Shown here: positions 30,957 through 40,181 of the stretch, piece by piece
How the letters are laid out: each line of letters starts with the position of its first letter
Position numbering within the stretch: position 1 is the first letter of the stretch
From: Candidatus Heimdallarchaeota archaeon
GTDB lineage: Archaea; Asgardarchaeota; Heimdallarchaeia; Heimdallarchaeales; Heimdallarchaeaceae
Length of the DNA: 64,000 bases
Reading direction: 5' to 3'
NCBI GenBank assembly: GCA_030603365.1
Contig: JAUVXV010000015.1
Location: forward strand, 32,001 to 96,000
The notes under the pieces: generated by a model
What the model was told of the DNA's origin: nothing
The model's input: the letters and a program-made list of their open reading frames with translations, nothing else
Databases searched by the model: none
Made by a program: the position numbers and the translations under genes

Positions 30957-33500
30957 ATGGTTGATATATTCCAAATTATGAATAGTAGACTAAACACTTG
31001 TTTGTTAAGTATTGAAGAAAATCTAAAGTCCTTCTGGAATGATAGAGTACTTCACCAACATTATACTGATCATGGAATGAACCATAGTTTTAGAATCAAA
31101 CAGATTCTTACAAAATTGTTAGAGGAATTTCCAGATGCACTAAATGAATATGAGAAATTTATACTATTAGGAGCAGCTTTATTACACGACATAGGAATGC
31201 AATTTCCAAGTTATTCCAAAATTGAGTTAAAAGCACAATATTCACTTGAAGAATTAGAAAGAATCAGAAAGAACCATCACTTAGCTAGTTTTCAGATTAT
31301 CAAAGATTCAATATCTCCTAAAACCAATTTCTCACTTGGTTTAGAAACCTGTAAGGATTTTATAAATGAGATTGCGATTGTGTCTCGTAATCATAGAGGG
31401 ATTAAACTAAATACTATAAGCAAAAGTTCAATTGCAGGAATGCTCATTAGAAGGAGATTGTTATCAGCATTGCTACGTTTAGCAGATGAATTAGATTCCG
31501 ATTTTAGGAGGGTTAATATGGATGTACTTAACATGTATAACTTGCCTCCCTTAAGCAAGTTTCACTGGTGGTCACACCATTATGTAGAGAGTATAATGAT
31601 TGATAAAGGACACATAATCGTGTACTTTAGATTTCCAGTAAGCTTCAAACAAGATCAAAAGTGGGTTTCTATTTTTCAACAAAAAACTATAGAAAGTTTG
31701 AGAAGTACGTTTCTTGAAACTTATGACATCCTAGATGAAAACAAAATTAGACTTTATCGAGAAATAAAAATTGGAAACACTAGGTTTACATCTGAAGGAG
31801 AAGTTTTTGATATTCCTAACGACTTAAGACAATTTATTACTGAAAAGATAATTAATTCTCAAGAGAAAATCGAAAATGCTTCCAATCGTATTTCTATGGA
31901 ATTTTATTTAGATGGAATTCCATACTCAAATGAAATAAATGCAATACAATTCTTAGAAAAGATAGCAGAAAAATTGGATGGTGAAGATTATGAATCAGCT
32001 GCTGTACTAATCGAAAAAAGCAAAACCGAAATTCATTCTGCCAAAGATAGACTAGTTTTATTGCAAATGGCAGGAGTATGTTACTTTAATTTAGGTAAAT
32101 ATGATTTATCCGAAATCTACCTAAAAGAAATCCTCGAATTGTCTACTAAGAGTAATTTAAGAAATATCTATAACCAAATCGTAACCAGAGTTTCATCAGC
32201 ATCTAATAATAATCTAGGACTTATGAAATTACACAAAGGCGAATTTACAAAAGCTCTAGAATTTTTCGAAAAATCGATAGAAGAATGTAATACTATAAAA
32301 AATCTTGATGGAAAAGCGATTGCGATTGATAATAAAGGAGTGGTCCTTCAAAGATTAGGATTGTTAGATGATGCTTTAAAATGTCATTTTGATGCAAATA
32401 AGATCTACAAAATAAATAAAAGAAAATTCGGTGGAGCTAAATCATTTGGAAATATAGCTAATGTATATTTAATGCAGAATAATCTTGATGAAGCTATAAA
32501 ATATTCTAGAAAAGCAATGAAATTATTCACTGATTTGGGGAATAAAAGTGGTGAAGCAGAAGAATTACAAACCATTGGAATAATTCACAATCAAAAAAGA
32601 AATTTCAAGGAAGCTTTGAAGAATTTTGCTCAATCTTACAAACTGTTTAATGCAATTGGATTTAAGAGAGGAATTTTAGTAACAAAACATAACATTGCTG
32701 GGATTCTGCTTGAAGAAGGCAGATACGAGTCTTCTTTGAGAATACTTAACAAGATCTTATTGGAAAGTCAAAAAATTGAAAATATGGACCAAGTAGTTTC
32801 TGTAATTACAAGCATAGGTGATGTCTATTATAGAAAAAGAAACATTAGAACTGCTTTAGATTATTATGAGAGAAGTTTAGAAATGATTAACTATGCTAAT
32901 TATAATGTAACTAAAAAAATATACTTTAACATTTCATTATTATACGCAGAACTGAATATTATTGAGAAAGCTCAAGAGTTTTTTGAACTACTCTTAGAAA
33001 AATATCCAGAAGATGCTGACATTTGTAGTAATTATGCATTGTTTCTATTTTCAAAATTGAACAATATATCAGATGCTGAAATTTATTTTGAGAAAGCAAT
33101 TAAATTAGATCCAAAAAATCAAAATAATCATTTAAACTATGCTAGTATGTTACTTTCAGTAGGAAAGAGTGAAGGAATTAGCATTCTTCAATCAACAACC
33201 TTTACTAGTAAAGATGCAGAACTCAATAAATTGCTAGAACTTGAAAAATCTCTTTATTTGTTTCTCCATGAAAGTCAAGAGGATCCTAATGTGGATTATC
33301 TTGTTAACATAAAAACGCTTCTAGAGAAAGGTTATATCTCTCAAGGAATGGACTTTAGTAGAAACATTGAACAAGCAATTAGAAGTGGTCATAAATATAA
33401 AGAAATCTTAGATATTTTGGGAGAAGTTATATCTGGTGAAATGAGTATTGATGCACTAGAAACATTCGAAATCTGGCAAAAAGTTGAAACAAAGATATAA
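30957..33500 (+). CDS. HD-CE-type HD phosphohydrolase fused to TPR array
   Basis: YTDHGMNHSFRI, ALLHDIGM, RKNHH, NHRG and LLRLADELD; about ten TPRs (NNLGL, GNIANVY, SIGDVY, NYALFL). Confidence 0.8.
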   Translation: MVDIFQIMNSRLNTCLLSIEENLKSFWNDRVLHQHYTDHGMNHSFRIKQILTKLLEEFPDALNEYEKFILLGAALLHDIGMQFPSYSKIELKAQYSLEELERIRKNHHLASFQIIKDSISPKTNFSLGLETCKDFINEIAIVSRNHRGIKLNTISKSSIAGMLIRRRLLSALLRLADELDSDFRRVNMDVLNMYNLPPLSKFHWWSHHYVESIMIDKGHIIVYFRFPVSFKQDQKWVSIFQQKTIESLRSTFLETYDILDENKIRLYREIKIGNTRFTSEGEVFDIPNDLRQFITEKIINSQEKIENASNRISMEFYLDGIPYSNEINAIQFLEKIAEKLDGEDYESAAVLIEKSKTEIHSAKDRLVLLQMAGVCYFNLGKYDLSEIYLKEILELSTKSNLRNIYNQIVTRVSSASNNNLGLMKLHKGEFTKALEFFEKSIEECNTIKNLDGKAIAIDNKGVVLQRLGLLDDALKCHFDANKIYKINKRKFGGAKSFGNIANVYLMQNNLDEAIKYSRKAMKLFTDLGNKSGEAEELQTIGIIHNQKRNFKEALKNFAQSYKLFNAIGFKRGILVTKHNIAGILLEEGRYESSLRILNKILLESQKIENMDQVVSVITSIGDVYYRKRNIRTALDYYERSLEMINYANYNVTKKIYFNISLLYAELNIIEKAQEFFELLLEKYPEDADICSNYALFLFSKLNNISDAEIYFEKAIKLDPKNQNNHLNYASMLLSVGKSEGISILQSTTFTSKDAELNKLLELEKSLYLFLHESQEDPNVDYLVNIKTLLEKGYISQGMDFSRNIEQAIRSGHKYKEILDILGEVISGEMSIDALETFEIWQKVETKI

Positions 33501-33850
33501 TAAATCAACTGATCCCATCCTTCATTGTAATAAATAACATTATTGAAATATCAGTTTTGACTATACAGATGTTTTTACTTCTTCTCTTCTACTTCATTTT
33601 CTTTAGATTATCTAATCTCTTGTGCAGTAGATGGAGTTCTGTTAAAGTTCTCTTTCGGAATTTTAGTTATTCGACAACAATTCTATCTTTTTTGCTGATT
33701 CTTCTAGATTACTAGACTAAAGTCCATAATTATATCCCTATACTCTAATTTGTCATAACCCATAGTGATTCCTTTTTTTCAGTATAATGCAATTGATTTT
33801 CTCTTAATTGTCAGTAAGGTGTCTTCTTGTTTCCTCTTCTTTCTTAAAGC

Positions 33851-33924
33851 TACATTAGATTTCAGATAAGAAGATGTATTCAAAGAGTTTAGAAAATCCA
33901 AGAAGAAGACCTTCATTCAAGGTC
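33851..33924 (+). repeat. dispersed repeat copy A, ending in hairpin GACCTT-CATTC-AAGGTC
   Basis: 33851..33923 versus 39250..39322: 64/73 identical without gaps. Confidence 0.85.
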
Positions 33925-34024
33925 TTATTTATATTTCTTGTAATGATAAAAATGAATTTATTTATTATGTGAGTAAAAAATAATGTAAGAACTTCATAAG
34001 AACTTAAAAATACTAAACGAAATA

Positions 34025-34270
34025 TCAAGATAGATATCTCTCTAGAATGTTAATAATATGTTGTTCTACAATTATCTCGTAAATAGGATCTTTATTCGTT
34101 AAAATTATGATATTCATGTTTTTCTCTGGTATCAAAAACATCATAGTAGCAATACCATTTGCTCTACCACCATGACCATACCACTCAATATCACCAAATT
34201 TACCTAGTTGACATCCGTACCCATAATCACCATAATTACTAGGAACTATATCGGAATGAGGATTTTTCAT
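34025..34270 (-). pseudogene. C-terminal fragment of a serine hydrolase (beta-lactamase/class C-like)
   Basis: YGYG...WYGHGG...G.ATMMFLIPEKN..IIILTN; no SxxK-containing N-terminal part. Confidence 0.7.
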
Positions 34271-34345
34271 TAATTGTATAGAATTTTAGATATAAGATCA
34301 ATGTACAAAGGTTTGTATTATAAGTGTTTAAATTCTTAAATAAAT

Positions 34346-34999
34346 TTGATGAAAACTAAAAATACTAGAATCACATCTTTTTTTCTTCTGTTAATTCTTT
34401 TACTTATTCCATTCATTGTTAACACATCACCAAGGAAAAACACCGTCTTAGGAAATACATCTTTAGTACCTCTTGATGTTGATGAAGATTCATATTTGAT
34501 AGGTTTTCCCGATTTAAGATCAGAAAAGAATCTAGAAAGTAATGATGGATTAAATTATTACATTTTGTTTTTATCTTCAGATTTTATTGCACCAGTTATT
34601 ACAGATGTTAATCACAATCCTTTAGATCCAACAGAATCAGATGTGATAACTATTGGTGCTAATGTTACAGATGCTTCAGGTATTTATAATGTTACACTCC
34701 ATTATTGCGTTAATAGAGGATTATGGATGAATATTGAAATGATTGTGTCATTTGCATTTCCAGAAATTTTTATGGTAGATATTATTGCTTTTGCAGCAGG
34801 TGATTTGATACAATACTATATTACTGCATACGATGCTTCAGGAAACTGGAATGAGGGTATTAACGACAATGGAGGTTTATTCTATTCTTTCACTATATTA
34901 CCAGCTGTACCAGAATTTAATGCAAACCCAATTTTAATGATTATAACAACACTTGGATCAGTGTCACTTGTCTATTTAGCTACAAAAAAAGTGAAGTAA
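34346..34999 (+). CDS. small secreted Ig-like domain protein with VPEF-TM-basic anchor
   Basis: Signal peptide; APVITDV...ANVTDASGI.NVTL.Y...YYITAYD..GN; VPEFN-TM-KKVK. Confidence 0.7.
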   Translation: MMKTKNTRITSFFLLLILLLIPFIVNTSPRKNTVLGNTSLVPLDVDEDSYLIGFPDLRSEKNLESNDGLNYYILFLSSDFIAPVITDVNHNPLDPTESDVITIGANVTDASGIYNVTLHYCVNRGLWMNIEMIVSFAFPEIFMVDIIAFAAGDLIQYYITAYDASGNWNEGINDNGGLFYSFTILPAVPEFNANPILMIITTLGSVSLVYLATKKVK

Positions 35000-35076
35000 A
35001 ATTCTTTATATTTTTTATTACAATTATTTTTTTTTCAATTCAAAAGGATATATATTTATGAATTTTAAATATTCTT

Positions 35077-35583
35077 ATGGATAAATCAATTACTATCTGC
35101 ATATTTCTGCATGGAACCACTATAATGCATTCTAGTGGTCAAAATTGTTCTAGAGAGGATAGAGTCTTACAGGTTAGAAAAAATGACCCATCAATCTCTG
35201 ATTATTCTTCTTATATTCCCATTGGTAATGTGGTTGATAAACTATTCATTTGGAAAAATCAAGAAGTACAAATTCTATATCTGAGTTTTCACAGAAATAG
35301 AAAAGACATAAAAAAGGATAAATTGGTTCTAAGTAAATTTGGTTTTCCCAAAGGAAAAATCGTTTATCGCAAGAAAAGACAAGAGTACAAAGAACTTATT
35401 GAGAGAATAAAGCCTGATATTTTAATTGAAGATAATTGTGAAAGTATAGGTGGTGCTGAAGAAATGATTATCACTCATATTGATTCTAATTTGAGAAATA
35501 AAATGAGTTTTTTTGTAGTTAAAGAATTTGAGGGAATAGATCATTTGCCTAATCTCATTGCTGAACTCATGTATAAAAGCTAA
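35077..35583 (+). CDS. HAD-like hypothetical protein (degenerate motif I)
   Basis: CIFLHGT, YLS and PDILIEDN; paralogue of the C-terminal part of 5471..6151. Confidence 0.6.
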   Translation: MDKSITICIFLHGTTIMHSSGQNCSREDRVLQVRKNDPSISDYSSYIPIGNVVDKLFIWKNQEVQILYLSFHRNRKDIKKDKLVLSKFGFPKGKIVYRKKRQEYKELIERIKPDILIEDNCESIGGAEEMIITHIDSNLRNKMSFFVVKEFEGIDHLPNLIAELMYKS

Positions 35584-35788
35584 ACCTCTTCTTCGGAACT
35601 AATAGTACTTAGAATAGATAAATCAATTTTTCATGCAACTCGTTCGAAACTTGGCATTCATTGAGATTTATGTAATAAAATACTATTACATAAGAAGATT
35701 TAAATTGTAGAAATGATATAACATAACGATATTCGAATTTATACAGATCTATTTAATCTGTTTATTCAAATATCAGGAGATTGTTTAT

Positions 35789-36910
35789 ATGAATAAGAAA
35801 TTTACGATTGATGAATCTGACAAAGTAACTGTCAAGATTATAAAAAATCGTTATATGGATTTTCTTAAAGATCCAAATGTAGTTGGAGTAGCTGTTGGTA
35901 GAAAGATACGTGATGGCAAAGTGACAGATGAACCTTGTATTACTTTTTTTGTAGCTAAAAAAATAGTTAATGAGAAAAAAATACTTCCTGAATTTCTTTT
36001 ACCTCAGACACTTGAAGAAGATGCTGTAGAAGTACAGAGTGATGTAGTAGAGACTGGTCATATATATGCATATGCGGCACATACTTCTCGAGAACGTCCA
36101 GCGGTACCTGGTGCTAGCATTGGTCATGTTGATGTAACAGCAGGAACGTTAGGAGCAATAGTAATTGATGATAAATCAAAAACCCAAGTTATATTATCAA
36201 ACAACCATGTTTTAGCAGATAGTAATAGAGCCTCTACAAACGATGATATTCTGCAACCAGGTAAAGCTGATGGAGGAACCGTTCCAAATGATGTCATTGG
36301 AAATTTACTCAGATTCAAAACAATTGATTTTGCTGGAGGTACAAATTACATTGATGCTGCTATTTGCAGCGTGAAAAAGCCTAATTATATTAGTAATACT
36401 CCCCATGATGGTATACCAGCTCCATCGCCTAAGACTCAAGCAGTTGGTTTACTTTTTGCTGGATCAAGTACTCAAACTATAATAAATCCTATCGGTATTG
36501 TTCTCAATGAGCTTAAAATCTCTTTACCTGCAGGTTCTACAATTGAAGGTAGTATTGGTATGAATGTTCAGAAAACTGGTCGAACAACAGGTGGAACAAC
36601 TAATACAATAAAGAACATAAATGCAACAGTTAGAGTTAATTATGGCTCTGCTGGAGAAGCAGTTTTTAGCGACCAAATTGTAACTGGTGACATGTCTGAC
36701 GGCGGTGATAGCGGTTCTTTAGTTGTCAAAGGAGGAGCTGGAGCACCAGATGAACCACCAGATAAACCACCAACAAAACCTGGTCCTTGTCCTTGTGGAA
36801 TTTTCGCACTAGTAGATCCCCAATTAGACTATACTACAAGTAAAATAGTATTCAATGCATTTAAAGCAAAAAGATTAGCTAAAAAGGAACTGAAGAATAA
36901 GAAACAATAA
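35789..36910 (+). CDS. Nal1-type trypsin-like (S1) serine protease, no signal peptide
   Basis: N-domain PNVVGVAVG.K...PCITFFV.KK; catalytic SNNH140, YID189AA and GDS308GS; KTGRTTG. Confidence 0.85.
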   Translation: MNKKFTIDESDKVTVKIIKNRYMDFLKDPNVVGVAVGRKIRDGKVTDEPCITFFVAKKIVNEKKILPEFLLPQTLEEDAVEVQSDVVETGHIYAYAAHTSRERPAVPGASIGHVDVTAGTLGAIVIDDKSKTQVILSNNHVLADSNRASTNDDILQPGKADGGTVPNDVIGNLLRFKTIDFAGGTNYIDAAICSVKKPNYISNTPHDGIPAPSPKTQAVGLLFAGSSTQTIINPIGIVLNELKISLPAGSTIEGSIGMNVQKTGRTTGGTTNTIKNINATVRVNYGSAGEAVFSDQIVTGDMSDGGDSGSLVVKGGAGAPDEPPDKPPTKPGPCPCGIFALVDPQLDYTTSKIVFNAFKAKRLAKKELKNKKQ

Positions 36911-37042
36911 TCTTTTTTTCTTTTTTTTATTATATATTATTGTGCATACTAGAGATGCATTTAAAAAAAGCTACACTTTCCCAGAAATATAGGTTGTATA
37001 TATCTTAAAGAAATTAAAGGAAAAAATAGGTGATTTATCTTC

Positions 37043-37282
37043 ATGAGAGATCCTTATAAAACAGCTTCAGAAGTATTGGAAAGGAATAAACAGAACATAA
37101 TGAATATTAGCGGAGTCCATGGTATTGGTGTTGGTAGAGGTAGTGATTATGGTGGAGAAGACAAGCCTTGCTTTGTTGTTTATCTAGATACAAATGCGGA
37201 TCAATCTGTTATTCCAAAAGAAATTGAAAATATACCAGTTCATATTGAGATTACTTCTCCTTTCAGAGCTTTGGATGAATGA
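37043..37282 (+). CDS. small protein homologous to the N-terminal (pro)domain of the upstream protease
   Basis: IMNISGVHGIGVG...KPCFVVYL...IPKEIENIPVHIEITSPFRA versus FLKDPNVVGVAVG...EPCITFFV...LPQTLE...VQSDVVETGHIYA; upstream AGGTGA SD-like site. Confidence 0.75.
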   Translation: MRDPYKTASEVLERNKQNIMNISGVHGIGVGRGSDYGGEDKPCFVVYLDTNADQSVIPKEIENIPVHIEITSPFRALDE

Positions 37283-37416
37283 ACTAAACTTCAAAATAAT
37301 TACTGTCAACCCTTTACAGATTATGTCTACCACAGTTTGCTTCTGACGGTCATTCTATTTCTATCAGAAACAATTTGGACCTTAATGCATGTTCAGTTGA
37401 TTATTGGTGAAGACTA

Positions 37417-38922
37417 TCAATCGAGCTTGTATAGTTTAGTATATTTGGTTGTTAGATAATCAGCAAGATATTTTGATGAAACTTCCTGTCCGGTAATATT
37501 TTTTACAAGATCATATGAATCCAGTATATTACCTTTTTCAAAAACATTGACTCTATACCAGTTCAAAACTTCCTGTAAATTGCCTTTTTCAATTTGCTGT
37601 TCCCAATCTGGCATAGCATTTGTTAATGTATCGAAAATTTGAGCACCAAATATGTTTCCTAATGTATAAGCTGTGAAACTACCCATCAATCCATCCGACC
37701 AGTGAATGTCTTGTAGAACACCTTCAGCATCATTCTTTACTTCATATCCTAGAAGAGTTTTCATTTTTTCATTCCAAATCGCTGGTAAATCCTTTACTTC
37801 AATTTTTCCATTTAATAGATCTCTTTCCAACTCAAATCTCAGAATTATGTGAAAATCATAGGTTAACTCATCTGCATCTACTCTTATTGCAGAAGGTTCA
37901 GTTTTATTAATAACTGCAACAAAATCTTCTAAGGACACGTCTGCGAAAATATCACCAGTTAATTCCTTAAATTTGGGAAAATAGTATTTCCATAATGATG
38001 AACTTCTACCTATGATATTTTCGTAAAATCTTGCACTGCCTTCATGAACTCCATCACTACACCACATCCCAACTGGTTGATATCTACCGTTTTTACCAAC
38101 ATAATGTTCGTACTCACCATGACCAGCTTCATGCATTGTACTCATAACTGCACTGAGAAAGTTATCTTCAAAATATTTGGTTGTTATTCTAACATCATCG
38201 TAGTTACCTGTTGTGAAAGGATGAACAGTCTCATCTAACCTTCCGCGATCTAAATCATACCCAATAACATTGAGAACATCAAAGTTCAATTTCTTCTGTA
38301 TCTCTATAGGTACCTTTCTGGTAAGAATTGACTTATTTGGTTGATGATCAGATTCTGAACATTTTCTGATTAGCGGTACAATGACCTCTTTCAGTGGGTT
38401 AACCAAACTCTCAAATTTTTCTTGGTTCATTCCAGGTTCATTAAAATCCAGCAAGACATCATAAGGATCCATCTCGGGATTCAAGTAATGGGCATATTTC
38501 TTGTTGAATTCAACCATTTTTTCCAAGTCAGATTGAAATATAGAGAAATCAGCTTGATCTTTAGCTTTTTCCCAAGATTCACTCGCGATTACGCCTTGTT
38601 TACTAAACTCTCCAACGAAGTCTGCAGGAATTTTGACTAATTTTTCATACTGTCTTTGAATGAGAAAGATATTCCTCTTTTCCAAATCAGATAGATTCTC
38701 ATAATCTTTGTGAGTTCGAATAATTTCCAAAAGTTCTCCAATTCTAGGATTGATTCTTCTTTCATGTTCCAATTTAGAGATAAGAGCTATTTGCTCTGCT
38801 TTTTGTTTCCCTCCTTTCTTAGGCATAGTTACATCTCTGTCCCAGTAAAGAAACATATTCACTTCGTCTAGTATACAAGCTTCTTTGAAAAGTCCAAGAA
38901 GCTCATCGTAGAACTTTCTCAT
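37417..38922 (-). CDS. M32 carboxypeptidase (carboxypeptidase Taq family)
   Basis: HPFT, DVRITT, HEAGH, HEGSAR, IRVDADE and QDIHW. Confidence 0.95.
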   Translation of the reverse strand: MRKFYDELLGLFKEACILDEVNMFLYWDRDVTMPKKGGKQKAEQIALISKLEHERRINPRIGELLEIIRTHKDYENLSDLEKRNIFLIQRQYEKLVKIPADFVGEFSKQGVIASESWEKAKDQADFSIFQSDLEKMVEFNKKYAHYLNPEMDPYDVLLDFNEPGMNQEKFESLVNPLKEVIVPLIRKCSESDHQPNKSILTRKVPIEIQKKLNFDVLNVIGYDLDRGRLDETVHPFTTGNYDDVRITTKYFEDNFLSAVMSTMHEAGHGEYEHYVGKNGRYQPVGMWCSDGVHEGSARFYENIIGRSSSLWKYYFPKFKELTGDIFADVSLEDFVAVINKTEPSAIRVDADELTYDFHIILRFELERDLLNGKIEVKDLPAIWNEKMKTLLGYEVKNDAEGVLQDIHWSDGLMGSFTAYTLGNIFGAQIFDTLTNAMPDWEQQIEKGNLQEVLNWYRVNVFEKGNILDSYDLVKNITGQEVSSKYLADYLTTKYTKLYKLD

Positions 38923-39094
38923 GAAGAAAACAGAATTGAAACCTTCTTAAATTTAACTAGAAATGCTACTTTACAACTTATAGCAATTTGCTTCTGTACT
39001 TCTGCCATTGCTAAGAAATGTTCCTTCAAATTCGACCAAAAATCTTCTGATGTAATCTCAAATGATAAAATCACAAATAATTTAGAAATTTGCT

Positions 39095-39215
39095 TCATTC
39101 AGGAACCATTTCTTGTGCAACATGCTCAAAGTTTGGTATTTCATCTTTCTTAAATGGATACGGAATAAAAACTTCAGTTATTCCAATTTCAACAAACATT
39201 TTTCTCTCTGCAAAG
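39095..39215 (-). pseudogene. C-terminal remnant resembling an LLM-class flavin/F420-dependent oxidoreductase
   Basis: Reads FAERKMFVEIGITEVFIPYPFKKDEIPNFEHVAQEMVPE*, like the LLM C-terminal G.tE.il.yP...fe..A.eviP; lies just inside repeat copy B. Confidence 0.45.
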
Positions 39216-39249
39216 AAGCTAACTTTCTAGATGTTCTTCTTTCTATAGA

Positions 39250-39323
39250 TACCTTAGATTTTAGATAATAAGATGTATTCAAAGAGTTTAGAAGCTCCAA
39301 GAAGGGGACCTTAATGCAAGGTT
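39250..39323 (+). repeat. dispersed repeat copy B, ending GACCTTAATGCAAGGTT
   Basis: Direct repeat of copy A. Confidence 0.85.
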
Positions 39324-39407
39324 TTCATTTCTCATTTTTTCTTTTTTTCTTGATTGTTTGCAGTTTGTTCTAGAAAGATTATTATAGGTATATGACCTCA
39401 CTAGTCA

Positions 39408-39947
39408 TTGCTAAAGATTTTTTGGAATCTTTGGTGGCGATTTAAAATGAAATTAGGAAAAAAAACTTTGATGTTAGGAACTTTGCTTCTTCTTTTCTCA
39501 CTCTCCCTTGGAATGGTACAGACCGCACAGGCCAAAAATCCGCTTAATTGTACAATTGAATACTGGTTCGTTGGTCATCTTGGGATATCTGATGATGATG
39601 GAAGATTACTTGCATGGAATGGAACCGTTAGCGGAGATATCAATGGAGAGATATTCTGGTGGATGTATATCCTTGACAAAAAATGCCCACAGGTTACCCA
39701 CTTCGCGGATGATATATGGGAGATCCTTGACTCTGAAACAGGTGAACCACTCTTAAGAGGAGATGAACATGGTACAACCACAATCCGTCATGGAAAAAAC
39801 AGTGTTTGGCGATCGAACGGCGTAGTAACAGAAGCGTATGGGGACTTCGCAATTTGGTTAGGTCGCAACGCGCACATAAGTGGACACTTTACATGGATCT
39901 TCCCTGGCTTCCCAGACTCCGGTTCGGGTATAATGCGAATAAACTGA
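39408..39947 (+). CDS. secreted beta-rich hypothetical protein (likely start MKLGKK at 39447)
   Basis: Signal peptide ending AQA; visibly higher GC than its neighbours. Confidence 0.7.
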   Translation: MLKIFWNLWWRFKMKLGKKTLMLGTLLLLFSLSLGMVQTAQAKNPLNCTIEYWFVGHLGISDDDGRLLAWNGTVSGDINGEIFWWMYILDKKCPQVTHFADDIWEILDSETGEPLLRGDEHGTTTIRHGKNSVWRSNGVVTEAYGDFAIWLGRNAHISGHFTWIFPGFPDSGSGIMRIN

Positions 39948-39969
39948 GTGACAACGAAAGGATTAACGA

Positions 39970-40010
39970 GATGCTCTTGGCATGGTCCAAGACATCACTT
40001 CTTTTTTTAT
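39970..40010 (+). terminator. hairpin plus U-tract terminator
   Basis: GATGCTCTTGG...CCAAGACATC stem (one bulge) followed by ACTTCTTTTTTT. Confidence 0.5.
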
Positions 40011-40181
40011 TCATTAGTTGTTCAGAAACCCGCTTTTTACAACTTTTCTTGGACATTTGGAACAAATATATCAAATTCCTGACAAATAGTTTATAAATAG
40101 AATTTGTCATACTGTCATGTTAAATTAGTTAGAAAGAAAGAAGTATTATCGGGGTTTAAATAGGGAAGTCTAGGGAAAGAA

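Noticed and set aside
21417-33836. 22-bp direct repeat (21417-21438 and 33815-33836, 20/22) as attL/attR of an integrated island
   Set aside because: No integrase or tRNA is present. Both copies encode the same minus-strand peptide (RKQEDTLL) and one is contiguous with repeat copy A, so they are better explained as fragments of the same decayed element. An att role is not fully excluded.
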